From contig JAZNWN010000001.1 in assembly GCA_045593405.1 (NCBI GenBank), forward strand, positions 22,926 through 86,925: DNA of 64,000 nt, written 5' to 3'. The notes beneath the pieces are model-generated. The model worked only from the letters and a program-made list of their open reading frames with translations, did not search any database and was not told the DNA's origin. Below are positions 1 through 11,000 of the stretch, piece after piece (position 1 is the first letter of the stretch; each line of letters starts with the position of its first letter). The position numbers and the translations under genes were made by a program. This DNA is from Clostridia bacterium (GTDB lineage Bacteria > Bacillota > Clostridia > TANB77 > CAG-508).

Positions 1-776
1 GAGAATTAACAGCTGTATTTTTAGCAAGTAAAGAGATGAGTGTTTTATATTATTGGTTATATGGAATAGCAGCAATGCTACAAATATATTTTGATTTTTC
101 AGGTTATTCAGATATGGCAATTGGACTTGGAAAAATGTTTGGATTTGAATTTTTAGAAAATTTCAATTATCCATATATTGCAACAAGTATTACAGATTTT
201 TGGAGAAGATGGCACATATCTCTTAGCTCATGGTTTAGAGATTACATATATATTCCTCTTGGAGGGAATAGAGTAAGCAAATTAAAGTGGTTAAGGAACA
301 TTTTAGTAGTTTGGATGTTAACTGGTTTATGGCATGGAGCAGCATGGAATTTTATACTTTGGGGAACTTTCTTTGGAATATTGTTAATTATAGAAAAATT
401 ATTTTTAGGAGATATTTTAAAGAAATTACCAAAAGTTATATCAAGAATATATGTGCTACTTATTGTTATGATTAGCTTTATTATGTTTAATGGAGATAGT
501 AGCACACAAATTTTTGAAAACATTGGAGGATTAGTTGGAACAGGTGAAATTCCATTAGTATCAAAAGAAAGTATATATTATTTGAAAAGCTATTTAGTAG
601 TTATACTTGTAGGTGTAGTTGGCTCAACACCAATTATAAAAAATATTGTAAACAATATTAAAATGAAAAAAATCATAAACTTTATAGAACCAATATTTCT
701 ACTTTCAGTTTTATTAATTTGTACAAGTTATATTGTAGATGGTTCTTTTAATCCATTTTTATATTTTAGATTTTAG
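1..776 (+). CDS. MBOAT family O-acyltransferase (AlgI/DltB/PatA-like), 5-prime truncated at window edge
   Basis: Open frame runs in from the window start. Contains the WRRWHISLSSWFRDYIYIPLGGNR motif typical of membrane-bound O-acyltransferases and multiple TM segments. Confidence 0.85.
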   Translation, partial: ELTAVFLASKEMSVLYYWLYGIAAMLQIYFDFSGYSDMAIGLGKMFGFEFLENFNYPYIATSITDFWRRWHISLSSWFRDYIYIPLGGNRVSKLKWLRNILVVWMLTGLWHGAAWNFILWGTFFGILLIIEKLFLGDILKKLPKVISRIYVLLIVMISFIMFNGDSSTQIFENIGGLVGTGEIPLVSKESIYYLKSYLVVILVGVVGSTPIIKNIVNNIKMKKIINFIEPIFLLSVLLICTSYIVDGSFNPFLYFRF

Positions 777-788
777 GAGGGAGAAATA

Positions 789-1871
789 ATGCAAGATAAA
801 ACAAAGAATATCATAGTTACAATTGGCTTTGTATTAATACTTATATTAGTATTTTTAATAAATATATTAGCAGAAGATAAAGAAATATCTGTAACTGAAA
901 GAAGAAAATTAGCAAGTTTTCCCGAAGTTTCTATATCTAAATTATTAAAAGGTGAAACAACTTCTAAATTTGAAACTTACGCAGTAGATCAGTTTGTGGG
1001 AAGAGATACTTATAGAACAGTAAAAGCTTTCTATAGTACAAATATTTATAAACAAAAAGATAATAATAATTTGTTTGAAAAAGATGGAGCAATTTATAAA
1101 ATGGAATATCCATTAACCGAAACAAACATTAAAAAATCTGCTCAAAAAATAAATGAAGTGTACAATAGATATTTAAAAGATATGGATGTATATTATGCCA
1201 TTATCCCAGACAAAAATTATTATTTAAAAAATGATGACCACTTAAAATTTGATTATAATGAGTTGAAAACAATAATGGAGAATGAATTAACAAATTTTCA
1301 GTATATTGATATTTGGAATAGCTTAGAACTAGAAGATTATTACAAAACAGATATCCATTGGAGACAAGAAAATTTAGCTGAGGTCGTAGGCACAATACAA
1401 ACAAATATGAATTTAAGTAAAAAGGAAAATGATTATGTGGTATGTGATGTGGGAATTTTTTATGGAACATATTACGGACAAATACCTGGAGATATTGAAC
1501 CTGATAAAATGTATATTTTAATAAATGATACACTAAATAATTGTACAACATATAATTATGAAACAGGTGAAACAGGAAAAATTTATAATGAAAAAACTAC
1601 ACCTGATAAATATGATATTTATTTATCAGGTGCTACACCAATAATTAGTATAGAAAATAAAAATGCGAATACAGAAAAAGAATTATTGTTATTTAGAGAT
1701 TCTTTTGGAAGTTCTTTAGTACCATTATTAGTAGAAAATTACAGTAAAATAACACTAATAGATTTAAGATATATATCAAGTACGTTACTTGGACAATTTA
1801 TTGAATTTGAAAATCAAGATGTTCTATTTTTATACAGCACAGTTGTGTTAAACCAAAACATATTGAAATAA
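789..1871 (+). CDS. DHHW family protein (AlgJ/AlgX-like partner of MBOAT)
   Basis: N-terminal signal-anchor and a DIHW (DHHW-type) motif. Lies directly downstream of the MBOAT gene. RBS AGGAGGGAG precedes the ATG. Confidence 0.75.
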   Translation: MQDKTKNIIVTIGFVLILILVFLINILAEDKEISVTERRKLASFPEVSISKLLKGETTSKFETYAVDQFVGRDTYRTVKAFYSTNIYKQKDNNNLFEKDGAIYKMEYPLTETNIKKSAQKINEVYNRYLKDMDVYYAIIPDKNYYLKNDDHLKFDYNELKTIMENELTNFQYIDIWNSLELEDYYKTDIHWRQENLAEVVGTIQTNMNLSKKENDYVVCDVGIFYGTYYGQIPGDIEPDKMYILINDTLNNCTTYNYETGETGKIYNEKTTPDKYDIYLSGATPIISIENKNANTEKELLLFRDSFGSSLVPLLVENYSKITLIDLRYISSTLLGQFIEFENQDVLFLYSTVVLNQNILK

Positions 1872-1872
1872 A

Positions 1873-1977
1873 TGTAGGGGCGATTTTAATCACCCGAAAA
1901 AATATAAAAATACATAAACATGTAGGGGCGGACTTCCACGTCCGCCCGAGGGCAGGGGTGGAACCCTGCCCCTACAA
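1873..1977. repeat. REP/BIME-like palindromic element: short unit (GTAGGGGCGATTTTAATCACCC), AT-rich spacer, then a long two-hairpin unit
   Basis: Outer stem GTAGGGG/CCCCTAC encloses hairpins GGCGGAC-TTCCAC-GTCCGCC and GGGCAGGG-GTGGAA-CCCTGCCC. The 57-nt long unit is identical to the copy at 14405-14462. Confidence 0.9.
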
Positions 1978-1990
1978 GGAGGAAACATAA

Positions 1991-2947
1991 ATGAAAATTC
2001 CACAATTATTAGAAACAGCAATAGAAAATGAAATAAAGAACATAAAAATTACAGAATTAAAAAAACATGCTCAAGATCTAAGTAATAAATATATGAAAGA
2101 AGAAAGAACAGGAAAATCTTTACTATCAGAAGAAATAGAAGCTTTAGCATATTCTATAATGAGAATGCCAGCAACATTTGGGGCAATAACAACTGCATTA
2201 AAAAATTCATTAAAATTAATGCCTAATATAGAAATAAATTCTATACTTGATATTGGAGCAGGAACAGGTGCAGCAATTTGGGCAATAAATGAGTTTATAT
2301 CTCCAAGTAAAACAACATGTATTGAAAGAGAACAAGCAATGAGAACAGTTGGAGGAAAACTTCTAAAATATAATAATGAGATAAAAAATGTAGAATGGAT
2401 AGATGCAGATATAACAAACTGTGAGTTTCCTAAAAAAACAGATTTAATTATAGTATCATATATGATTAATGAATTAAATCCAGCAGAAAGAGAAAAATTA
2501 ATACATAAATTATTAAAAATAGAAAGTAAGTTAATATTAATTATAGAACCAGGTACACCAGAAGGTTTTAAAAACATAAAAAACATACAAAAACAGGTAA
2601 TAGAAGAGGGTGCATATATATTAGCACCATGCACAGCCCAAACAGTATGTCCTTTACCTGAAGATGACTGGTGCAACACAACTGTAAGAATAGAAAGAAC
2701 AAAAACACATAAGATTTTAAAAGATGGAGATGTGCCGTATGAAGATGAAAAATATTCATATATAGCAATAACAAAAGAAAAACATCAAACAGAAACATCA
2801 AGAATATTACGACATCCAATAATAGAAAAAGGAAAAATAACATTAAAATTATGTACAAATGGAAAGGTAGAACAAAAAACTATAACAAAAAAAGATGGAG
2901 AAATATTTAAACAAACAAAAAAGAAAAAATGCGGAGATGAATTATAA
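1991..2947 (+). CDS. class I SAM-dependent methyltransferase, Rsm22-like with Cys-rich C-terminus
   Basis: DIGAGTGAA SAM-binding motif. C-terminal cysteine cluster (CTAQTVCPLPEDDWCNTTV). Good RBS GGAGGAAAC. Confidence 0.6.
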   Translation: MKIPQLLETAIENEIKNIKITELKKHAQDLSNKYMKEERTGKSLLSEEIEALAYSIMRMPATFGAITTALKNSLKLMPNIEINSILDIGAGTGAAIWAINEFISPSKTTCIEREQAMRTVGGKLLKYNNEIKNVEWIDADITNCEFPKKTDLIIVSYMINELNPAEREKLIHKLLKIESKLILIIEPGTPEGFKNIKNIQKQVIEEGAYILAPCTAQTVCPLPEDDWCNTTVRIERTKTHKILKDGDVPYEDEKYSYIAITKEKHQTETSRILRHPIIEKGKITLKLCTNGKVEQKTITKKDGEIFKQTKKKKCGDEL

Positions 2948-3046
2948 GGTAAACTAAATGGCAATATCATTAATTTGATATTGCTTTTTTTGCTAGAAAA
3001 TGGTATTATATTTAAGGAAAAATATACGAAATTAGGAAGGAAATAT

Positions 3047-3754
3047 ATGTTAAATTTAAAAAATATATGTTTTGAAAGAGATGGTAAAAAAATATTAGAC
3101 AATTTAAATTTAAATTTAGATGATAATAAATTTATAGTAATTACTGGACCAAATGGTTCTGGAAAATCAACTCTTGCAAAAATAATAATGGGAATAGAAA
3201 AACCTGATGATGGACAAGTTCTTTTTAATGGACAAGACATATCAGTTAAAAGTATAGATGAAAGAGCAAATTCAGGAATAAGCTTTGCATTCCAACAACC
3301 GGTAAAATTTAAAGGAATTACTGTATTTGATTTATTAAAATTATCTGCAGAAAAAGATATTTCAAGAAAAGAAGCTTGTGATATATTATCAAAAGTAGGT
3401 TTATGTGCAAAAGAATATGTGGATAGAGAAGTAAACGCTTCTTTATCTGGTGGGGAGTTAAAAAGAATAGAAATAGCAAGTGTAGCTGTAAGAGAAGCAA
3501 AACTTACAATATTTGATGAACCAGAAGCAGGAATTGACTTATGGAGCTTTAATAACTTAATAAAAGTTTTTGAAGAAATGAGAAATATAATAGGGGGAAC
3601 TATTTTAATAATCTCTCACCAAGAAAGAATTTTAAATATAGCAGATGAAATAATACTTTTAAATAATGGAAAAATAGAAAAACAAGGCAAAAAAGAAGAT
3701 ATTATAGATGTTATTTTAAAAACGGAGAAAAAAGGATGTTGCAAAATAAAATAA
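3047..3754 (+). CDS. sufC: SufC-like ABC ATPase (Fe-S cluster assembly)
   Basis: Walker A GPNGSGKST and signature LSGGELKRIEI. Start moved to ATG 3047, which follows a GGAAGG RBS. The ORF-track start at 2975 has no RBS. Confidence 0.75.
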   Translation: MLNLKNICFERDGKKILDNLNLNLDDNKFIVITGPNGSGKSTLAKIIMGIEKPDDGQVLFNGQDISVKSIDERANSGISFAFQQPVKFKGITVFDLLKLSAEKDISRKEACDILSKVGLCAKEYVDREVNASLSGGELKRIEIASVAVREAKLTIFDEPEAGIDLWSFNNLIKVFEEMRNIIGGTILIISHQERILNIADEIILLNNGKIEKQGKKEDIIDVILKTEKKGCCKIK

Positions 3755-3770
3755 TGTTGAATACAAAATT

Positions 3771-3823
3771 TGTAGGGACGAGCATTACTCGTCCGCGGGT
3801 AGGGGTGGAACCCTGCCCCTACA
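3771..3823. repeat. REP-like palindromic element (two-hairpin type, slightly degenerate)
   Basis: TGTAGGGACGAGCATTACTCGTCC...GGGGTGGAACCCTGCCCCTAC lies immediately after the sufC stop. Confidence 0.85.
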
Positions 3824-3859
3824 TACAAAGACTAACCCAATAAAAAGAAAGGAAATTTA

Positions 3860-4777
3860 ATGGATAATATAGAAAAAAATATATTAAAAGAAATAGCAGG
3901 TATAGATGATACTCCAAAAGGTGCTTATAACGTTAGAAAAAATGGAGAAGGAGTAGCAAGACAAGTAACTGAAAATGTAAACATAGTAACTAAAACAGAT
4001 AAATCTGGAATTGATGTTTATGTAAAGGAAGATACAAAATTTGAGTTTATTCATATACCAGTTTTAATTACTGAAAGTGGTTTAAAAGATGTTGTATACA
4101 ATGATTTTTATATTGGAAAAAATGCAGATGTAGTTATTATTGCTGGATGTGGGATTCATAATGACCATCATAAAGATTCACAGCATGATGGAATACACAG
4201 ATTTTTCTTGGAAGAAGGGGCAAGAGTTAAATATATAGAAAAACATTATGGTGAAGGAGAAGGAACAGGAAAAAACATTCTAAATCCTATAACAGAAATA
4301 ACTTTAAAAGAAGGAAGTTATTTAGAAATGGAATCTGTTCAACTAAAAGGAGTAGACTCTACAATAAGAGAAACAATAGGAACATTAGGAAAAAATACTA
4401 ATTTAATAGTTTCTGAAAAAATAATGACACATGGAACACAAGCCGCTAAAACAATATTTAATGTAAAATTAGAAGGAGAAAATGCAAGCACACATGTGAC
4501 ATCAAGATCAGTAGCAACAGAAAATTCTATGCAAGAATTTGTGTCTGAAATAGTGGGTGATGAACGATGTTTTGGGCATGTAGAATGTGATGCAATAATA
4601 AAAGACAATGCAAAAGTAATAGCAGTACCAAAAATAGTTGCAAATAATGTAGAAGCAAATCTAATACATGAAGCAGCAATAGGAAAAATAGCAGGAGAAC
4701 AATTAACAAAACTAATGACACTAGGATTAAACGAAAAACAAGCAGAAGAACAAATAATAAAAGGATTTTTAAGATAA
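3860..4777 (+). CDS. SufB/SufD family Fe-S assembly protein (short clostridial form)
   Basis: Length and sequence agree with the beta-helix SufBD family. Paired with upstream SufC-like ATPase. Confidence 0.7.
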   Translation: MDNIEKNILKEIAGIDDTPKGAYNVRKNGEGVARQVTENVNIVTKTDKSGIDVYVKEDTKFEFIHIPVLITESGLKDVVYNDFYIGKNADVVIIAGCGIHNDHHKDSQHDGIHRFFLEEGARVKYIEKHYGEGEGTGKNILNPITEITLKEGSYLEMESVQLKGVDSTIRETIGTLGKNTNLIVSEKIMTHGTQAAKTIFNVKLEGENASTHVTSRSVATENSMQEFVSEIVGDERCFGHVECDAIIKDNAKVIAVPKIVANNVEANLIHEAAIGKIAGEQLTKLMTLGLNEKQAEEQIIKGFLR

Positions 4778-4842
4778 AAAATAGACATAATTATTTGATT
4801 AAGAGAATAATTTGTAATATTGATACTTAAAGAAAAAAGTAT

Positions 4843-4939
4843 ATGTGTTTAGTGTTTTGTGTTTGAAATTTAGAACTTATGATGTAAGTTACAGAAATTA
4901 TTTTGCATACTAAACACCAAATACTAAAAACTAAATACA
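4843..4939. repeat. heptad-arm inverted repeat element (GTGTTTA/GTGTTTT arm ... CAAATAC/CAAACAC arm)
   Basis: Left arm GTGTTTAGTGTTTTGTGTTTG and right arm CTAAACACCAAATACTAAAAACTAAATAC are inverted relative to each other. Same family as 31366, 35102 and 47333. Confidence 0.7.
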
Positions 4940-4957
4940 GAAATAGGAGGAAAAATA

Positions 4958-6424
4958 ATGAAAATATATAACTCAATGACAAGACAAAAAGAAGAATTCA
5001 TCCCAATGGATGGAAACAACGTAAAAATGTATGCATGTGGAATAACAGTATACGACTTAAGTCATATAGGTCATGCAAGACAAGCGATAGTATACTCAAT
5101 GATAGCAGATTACCTTAAATATAGAGGATATAATGTAAAATATGTACGTAATTACACAGATGTAGATGATAAAATAATAGCAAGAGCAAATGCATTAGGA
5201 AAAAATGCATTAGACTTTTCTAAAGAGCAAATAGAAGAAACAGAAAAAGATATGGCAAACTTACATGTAAGTGATGCAGATATTTTTGCAAAAGCATCTG
5301 AAAGTATTGATATAATAATTGATTTTGTTCAAGAACTTATAAATAAGGGGCACGCATATGCAGCAGACAATGGAGATGTTTATTTTGATGTAAGAAGCTT
5401 CAAAGGATATGGAAAATTATCTAATAGAAATGTAGATGAAATGTTAAATGGAGTTCGTAAAGATGTAGAACCAGGAAAAAGAGATCCAATAGATTTCGCA
5501 CTTTGGAAAGGTGCAAAACCAGGTGAAATAGCATGGGAATCTCCATGGGGACAAGGAAGACCAGGATGGCATATCGAATGTTCAGCAATGATTTTAAACA
5601 ACCTAGGAGAAACAATAGATATTCATGGAGGTGGGAAAGATTTAGTATTCCCTCACCATGAAAACGAAGTTGCTCAAAGTGAAGCACTAACAGGAAAACC
5701 TTTAACAAAATATTGGTCACATTGTGGATTAATAAAAATAAATGGAGAAAAAATGAGTAAATCTCTAGGAAACTCATTAACAATAAGAGATGCACTAGAA
5801 AAACACAATTATGAAATAATAAAATATGTAATATTATCAAAACATTATACAACAGATATTGACTTATTAGATGGAGATTTTAACTTAGCAGAAAATCATA
5901 TGTATTATTTTTACACTACAATTGGGGAAATGTTAGAGTTTATCTCAAACAATAAAAATGAAGAAATAACAACATTCAGACAAGATGATATTTCTGAAAC
6001 AATAATACCAGAGTTTATAAAACATATGGATGATGATTTCAACACAGCAGCAGCACTTGCAAATTTACATGGAATATTTAAATATGTAAATAATGTAATG
6101 AAACAAACAAAACAAAAAGAAGAAACAGCAAATACTTTAGAAAAAATATTAAAAAATGTTAAAGAAGTATATGGAGTACTTGGGTTATTTGAACAAGAAC
6201 CAAAAGAATTTACTGCTAAATTAAAGAAAAAATATCTTGAAAAATTAGAAATAGATGAAGCTTATATTGAAGAACAAATAAATAAAAGAGCAGAAGCAAA
6301 GAAAAACAGAGATTTTGAACAAGCAGATAAAATAAGAAATGAGTTAGATGAAAAAGGAATAATTTTAATGGATTCAAAAGAAGGAACAACATGGAATGTA
6401 AAAGCTTTATTTACTTTAAATTAA
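4958..6424 (+). CDS. cysS: cysteine--tRNA ligase
   Basis: HIGH motif (SHIGHAR), KMSKS motif (KMSKSLGN), typical CysS N-terminus MKIYNSMTRQKEEF. RBS AGGAGG. Confidence 0.95.
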   Translation: MKIYNSMTRQKEEFIPMDGNNVKMYACGITVYDLSHIGHARQAIVYSMIADYLKYRGYNVKYVRNYTDVDDKIIARANALGKNALDFSKEQIEETEKDMANLHVSDADIFAKASESIDIIIDFVQELINKGHAYAADNGDVYFDVRSFKGYGKLSNRNVDEMLNGVRKDVEPGKRDPIDFALWKGAKPGEIAWESPWGQGRPGWHIECSAMILNNLGETIDIHGGGKDLVFPHHENEVAQSEALTGKPLTKYWSHCGLIKINGEKMSKSLGNSLTIRDALEKHNYEIIKYVILSKHYTTDIDLLDGDFNLAENHMYYFYTTIGEMLEFISNNKNEEITTFRQDDISETIIPEFIKHMDDDFNTAAALANLHGIFKYVNNVMKQTKQKEETANTLEKILKNVKEVYGVLGLFEQEPKEFTAKLKKKYLEKLEIDEAYIEEQINKRAEAKKNRDFEQADKIRNELDEKGIILMDSKEGTTWNVKALFTLN

Positions 6425-6427
6425 AAC

Positions 6428-6455
6428 AAAGGGTAGTTTATTTTAACTACCCTTA
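6428..6455 (+). terminator. hairpin terminator after cysS
   Basis: AAGGGTAGTT-TATTTT-AACTACCCTT stem-loop, then a T-containing tract. Confidence 0.6.
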
Positions 6456-6630
6456 TTATAATTCTATAAACAACTAGTTTTGATTCTAAAGAAATCTTAC
6501 TAAAATAAATAAGAAATTTATAAAAACTATTGAATAAAATTGTATTATAAATTATAATAAAAAATGATTTTAAACATCTTAATTTCAAAGATGTTACTAA
6601 AAATTTTATTTTAAAATATAGGAGGAAAAA

Positions 6631-7800
6631 ATGAGAAAAACAAAAGAACAAAACACAAACAAAGGTATAACATTAATAGCATTAGTAATCACAATAATAG
6701 TAATGTTAATACTAGTAGCAGTAACAATAACAGTAGCAGTAAATAGAGGATTATTTGAATATGCCTCAAGAGCAGCAAGAGAAACAAATAGTGCAATACA
6801 AGCAGAACAAACCCTTGCAAATGGAAGAGTAAAAATACAGGGTACATGGTATAATAACATGGGAGATTATATAGACGAAATACCATCAAACGACCAAGGA
6901 GATGGAATAATAAGAGGTCCTTGGATAGATAATGGAAATAAAACATATACACATGCTAAAACAAAATTAACAGTAAATATAGGAGACTATGTAAATTATG
7001 AATGTCCAGATCTTGAAGATAGTTATGGAGAAACATATGAAGTTGAATGGAGAGTTCTAGGTGTAGAAAATGGGCAATTACAATTGTTATCAAATGATAT
7101 AGCTGATGACTCTGGATTTCGCTTACAAGGGAAAGATGGATATATTAATGGAGTAACTTATTTAGATGAAATATGTGAAAAATATATAGATGGAGAAATA
7201 ATCATAGATGCAAGAAGTATAAAAATAGAAGATATAAATAAAGTAACAGGATATATTCCAGATGAAAGTACTAAATGCACATTAACATTGCAATATGATG
7301 ATGAGTATGGAGATTCATATTTATTTGTATCCGGAGAACCTAATTATATGGATTATAGCTTTGTAGATATTGATGGTACAAGATTAGTAACAGAAGAAGA
7401 ATTTAATAATACAGAAGATAAAACAGGAATAGCAAAAGAAATAATTGTAGAAGATAATTTTTATTCTTATACTGCTTCTCAAGTTGGATTGGTTCCTGGT
7501 AGTGTTGAATATGATATGCTTTTTGATGATTTGGGTTTATATAATAATTGCTATCATTTGGCTTCACCCTATTTCTCTGTTATAGACTCTAGCTATTCTT
7601 ATGGCGGATCTGGTTATGGTTACTTCAGAGTATACAGTGATTATATTGAGGGACAAAGTTTTTGGATTACTAATGAAGGATATGATTCTTATGATATAGA
7701 AATGCCAGTTAGAGCTGTTGCAACATTATCTTCAGAAGTAGTTTTAAACCCAGTACAAGGAAAAACAAATGAATATAATCCAACTTTAAGCTCTAATTAA
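6631..7800 (+). CDS. prepilin-type N-terminal domain protein (type IV pilin/pseudopilin-like) with large unknown C-terminal domain
   Basis: N-terminus MRKTKEQNTNKG-ITLIALVITIIVMLIL resembles the class III signal peptide G|FTLIE plus hydrophobic helix. Position +5 is Ala rather than Glu. Confidence 0.5.
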   Translation: MRKTKEQNTNKGITLIALVITIIVMLILVAVTITVAVNRGLFEYASRAARETNSAIQAEQTLANGRVKIQGTWYNNMGDYIDEIPSNDQGDGIIRGPWIDNGNKTYTHAKTKLTVNIGDYVNYECPDLEDSYGETYEVEWRVLGVENGQLQLLSNDIADDSGFRLQGKDGYINGVTYLDEICEKYIDGEIIIDARSIKIEDINKVTGYIPDESTKCTLTLQYDDEYGDSYLFVSGEPNYMDYSFVDIDGTRLVTEEEFNNTEDKTGIAKEIIVEDNFYSYTASQVGLVPGSVEYDMLFDDLGLYNNCYHLASPYFSVIDSSYSYGGSGYGYFRVYSDYIEGQSFWITNEGYDSYDIEMPVRAVATLSSEVVLNPVQGKTNEYNPTLSSN

Positions 7801-7814
7801 CTTATAAATAATAA

Positions 7815-7850
7815 AAAAAGTAAGGTTATAACCTTACTTTTTTTATTATT
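7815..7850 (+). terminator. rho-independent terminator
   Basis: AGTAAGGTT-ATAA-CCTTACT followed by TTTTTTTATT. Confidence 0.8.
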
Positions 7851-8072
7851 TATAAGTATAAAGTTTAACTAAAAACTTTTTATTAAAGTAAATTAATAAT
7901 CATGAGCATTTTAATAAAGTATTTTTTCTTATTAATTTTCTTTATTTTAAAAATTATTTATGATATAATTCAAAAATACGATTAAAAGAAAAGAACCAAA
8001 TAAATGTAATTTAATCAGAAATAATTCATAAAGTAATTATATGATTTAAAATATTAAATTTGGAGGATAAGA

Positions 8073-11000
8073 ATGTTACAAATTAAAAATATTTCAAAAC
8101 AATATAAAACTGGAGATTTAGTTCAGAATGCTTTAAATGATGTAAGTTTGAATCTTAGAGATAATGAATTTGTATCAATTTTAGGACCATCTGGGTCAGG
8201 TAAAACTACACTACTTAACATTATAGGTGGATTGGACCGATATGATAAAGGAGATTTAATTATCAATAATGTTTCAACAAAACATTATAAAGATAGAGAT
8301 TGGGATTCCTACCGTAATCATACAATAGGATTTGTTTTTCAAAGTTACAATTTAATACCACATCAAACAGTTTTAGCAAATGTTGAATTAGCATTAACAA
8401 TAAGTGGTATATCAAAAAAGGAAAGAAAAAGAAGAGCACTAGAGGTATTAGAAAAAGTAGGTTTAAAAGATCAAGCTCATAAAAAACCAAATCAAATGTC
8501 TGGAGGTCAAATGCAAAGGGTTGCAATTGCAAGAGCCCTGGTAAATAATCCAGACATTTTATTAGCAGATGAGCCTACTGGTGCATTAGATACAGAAACT
8601 AGTGTACAAGTTATGGAATTATTAAAGCAAGTTGCTAATGATCGACTTGTAATTATGGTTACACATAATCCAGAACTTGCTGAAGAATATTCAACAAGAA
8701 TTGTAAAATTAAGAGATGGAAAAATAATAGGAGATACAAATCCTTTTAATCCAGATATTAAAAACTTAAAAAAGCCAGAATATAAAAATTTAGGAAAATC
8801 TTCAATGTCAATATTTACAGCATTGTCCTTAAGTTTAAATAATTTACTTACTAAAAAAGGTCGTACAATTTTAACATCTTTTGCAGGTTCAATAGGAATT
8901 ATTGGTATTGCATTAATTTTATCTTTGTCAACAGGTTTTCAAAATTATATAGATAAAATTCAAGAAGATACATTAACTTCTTACCCATTAACAATTACAG
9001 CAGAAACAGCAGATACAACATCAATGCTTCTTTCAATGGTATCAGAAAGCGAAGAAGAAGTAAAAGAGGGAAATGTTAAAGAACAACAACATATTGCTAA
9101 TATGTTTTCTAAAATAGGAACAAATGACTTAAGAACATTTAAATCTTACCTAGAAGAAAACACTAAAGAAGTAGACGGAATGGTATCATTAGTACAGTAT
9201 AATTATAGTGTAAGTCCATTAATTTATACAAAATATACTGAAAATAAGATTACTAGGCTTAATCCTAGCACAATGCTTTCAGCAATGAGTGGGGGTAGTA
9301 CAGAAATGATGTCTACCATGGGTGTTTCTATATCAGTTTTTAATGAGATGGTAGACGATAGACAAATGCTAGAGTCACAATATAAAGTTCTTCAAGGAAC
9401 ATGGCCAGAAAATTTTGATGAAGCAGTACTTATTTTGCCTGAAGAAAATAGCATATCAGATTTGCTACTTTATAGTTTGGGTTTACGTGATAGTAAAGAA
9501 TTAGAAAGTATGATATCTAATATTATGGAAGGCAAAGAAGCCCAAAATACTAGTAGTCCACTTGAATTTACGTATGAAGAATTAATGAATATACCATTAA
9601 AATTATTAAACGCGACAGATACTTATAAATATAATGAAAAATACCAAGTATATGAAGATATGACCCAAGATGAAGAATTTATGAATGATGTATACGAAAA
9701 TGCAATAGATTTAAAAATAGTTGGTATTATATGTCCTGATAGCTCAAATGGTGCAAGTCTAATGTCAGGAGTTGGATATACAAAAGAGTTGACGGAATAT
9801 ATTATAAATCAAGCTTCAGAATCAGAGATTGTAAGAAAACAATTAGCAAATGAAGATATAAATGTTTTTAGTAATAAACGTTTTGATGATGAAAGTAATG
9901 AGTCGACAATAGATTTTGATGATTTAGTTACTATTGATACTGAAATGTTATCTTCAGCTTTTGGTGGGAATATTAGTGAAGAAGATATATCTAATATGAC
10001 TGAAGGCTATATGAATGAAATATCTTTAGCAATAACAACAGATACAAGTAAAGCTCAAAACACATTTAATAATACTTTAGTTACTATAACTACAAATATG
10101 CTACGAGATTATATAACTAACAACCAAGTAGCAGGTGTTGCAACAATAACTTTAAATGATGTAGAAACAGTTGTAAATGAGTATATGGCTTCAGAAGCTA
10201 GTAAAGAGTTATTAGCAAAATTAGAAAGTGAATATCTAATTCCGCAAGATACGTTTTCATCAATGTATTCAGAATTTATAAAAGGGTTTTTAAATCAATA
10301 TATTACTATGATGGCACAAGACAAAGAAAAACCAAGTGCATTTTTAGTAGCTGATGCAGTTGAAGGAATGGTAACAGCATTTAGCCAGCAAGAAATGGTA
10401 CTTGAAGCATCAAGAACAATATCTGCAAAAATGACAGAAGCTACCATGCAAAAAACAATACTTTCAAAAGTTGGAGAATTAACAGGAAAACTAATGCAAA
10501 ATATGGCAAGTGCGTTTAATGTAGATGAGAGTAAAATTGCTTCAGCATTCCAATTTAATTTAGATGAAGAAGAATTACAAAGACTATTTCAAGCAATGTC
10601 ATCTTCAAATACTGTAAAAAATGCAAGTTCAAATTTAATATCACTAGGATATCAAGACATAAATGAACCAACTTCAATGGAATTTTACTTTAAAAATTTT
10701 GACTCAAAAGAGTTATTCTTAGATTTCTTAGAAGATTACAACAATAAAATGGAAGCGGAAGATGATGAAAAGGTAATAAAATATACAGATATTACGGGAA
10801 TTTTAATGTCATCTGTAAAAGTAATTGTAGATAGTGTAAGTTATGTTTTGATTGCATTTGTAAGTATTTCATTAATAGTATCATCAATAATGATAGGAAT
10901 TATAACTTATATATCAGTTTTAGAACGTACAAAGGAGATAGGAGTTTTAAGAGCAATAGGTGCATCAAAGAAAAACATATCATCAATTTTTAATGCAGAA

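Noticed and set aside
242-523. Minus-strand and alternate-frame ORFs nested inside clear genes (242-523, 2071-2679, 2568-2858, 2785-3240, 4339-4788, 5421-5852, 6689-6952, 8263-8532, 15550-15939, 21329-21718, 32900-33149, 39589-39813, 40161-40484, 48580-49110, 52223-52660 and similar)
   Set aside because: Low-complexity, Leu/Phe/Ile-rich translations typical of antisense frames in AT-rich DNA. No RBS. Fully embedded in genes with strong homology on the other strand.
4790-4957. T-box leader upstream of cysS, and likewise upstream of proS (35104-35254) and gltX (39896-39958)
   Set aside because: No T-box consensus (AATTAGGGTGGNACCGCG-like) and no specifier or antiterminator architecture was seen. 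The cysS and proS upstream regions are instead occupied by the heptad inverted-repeat family.
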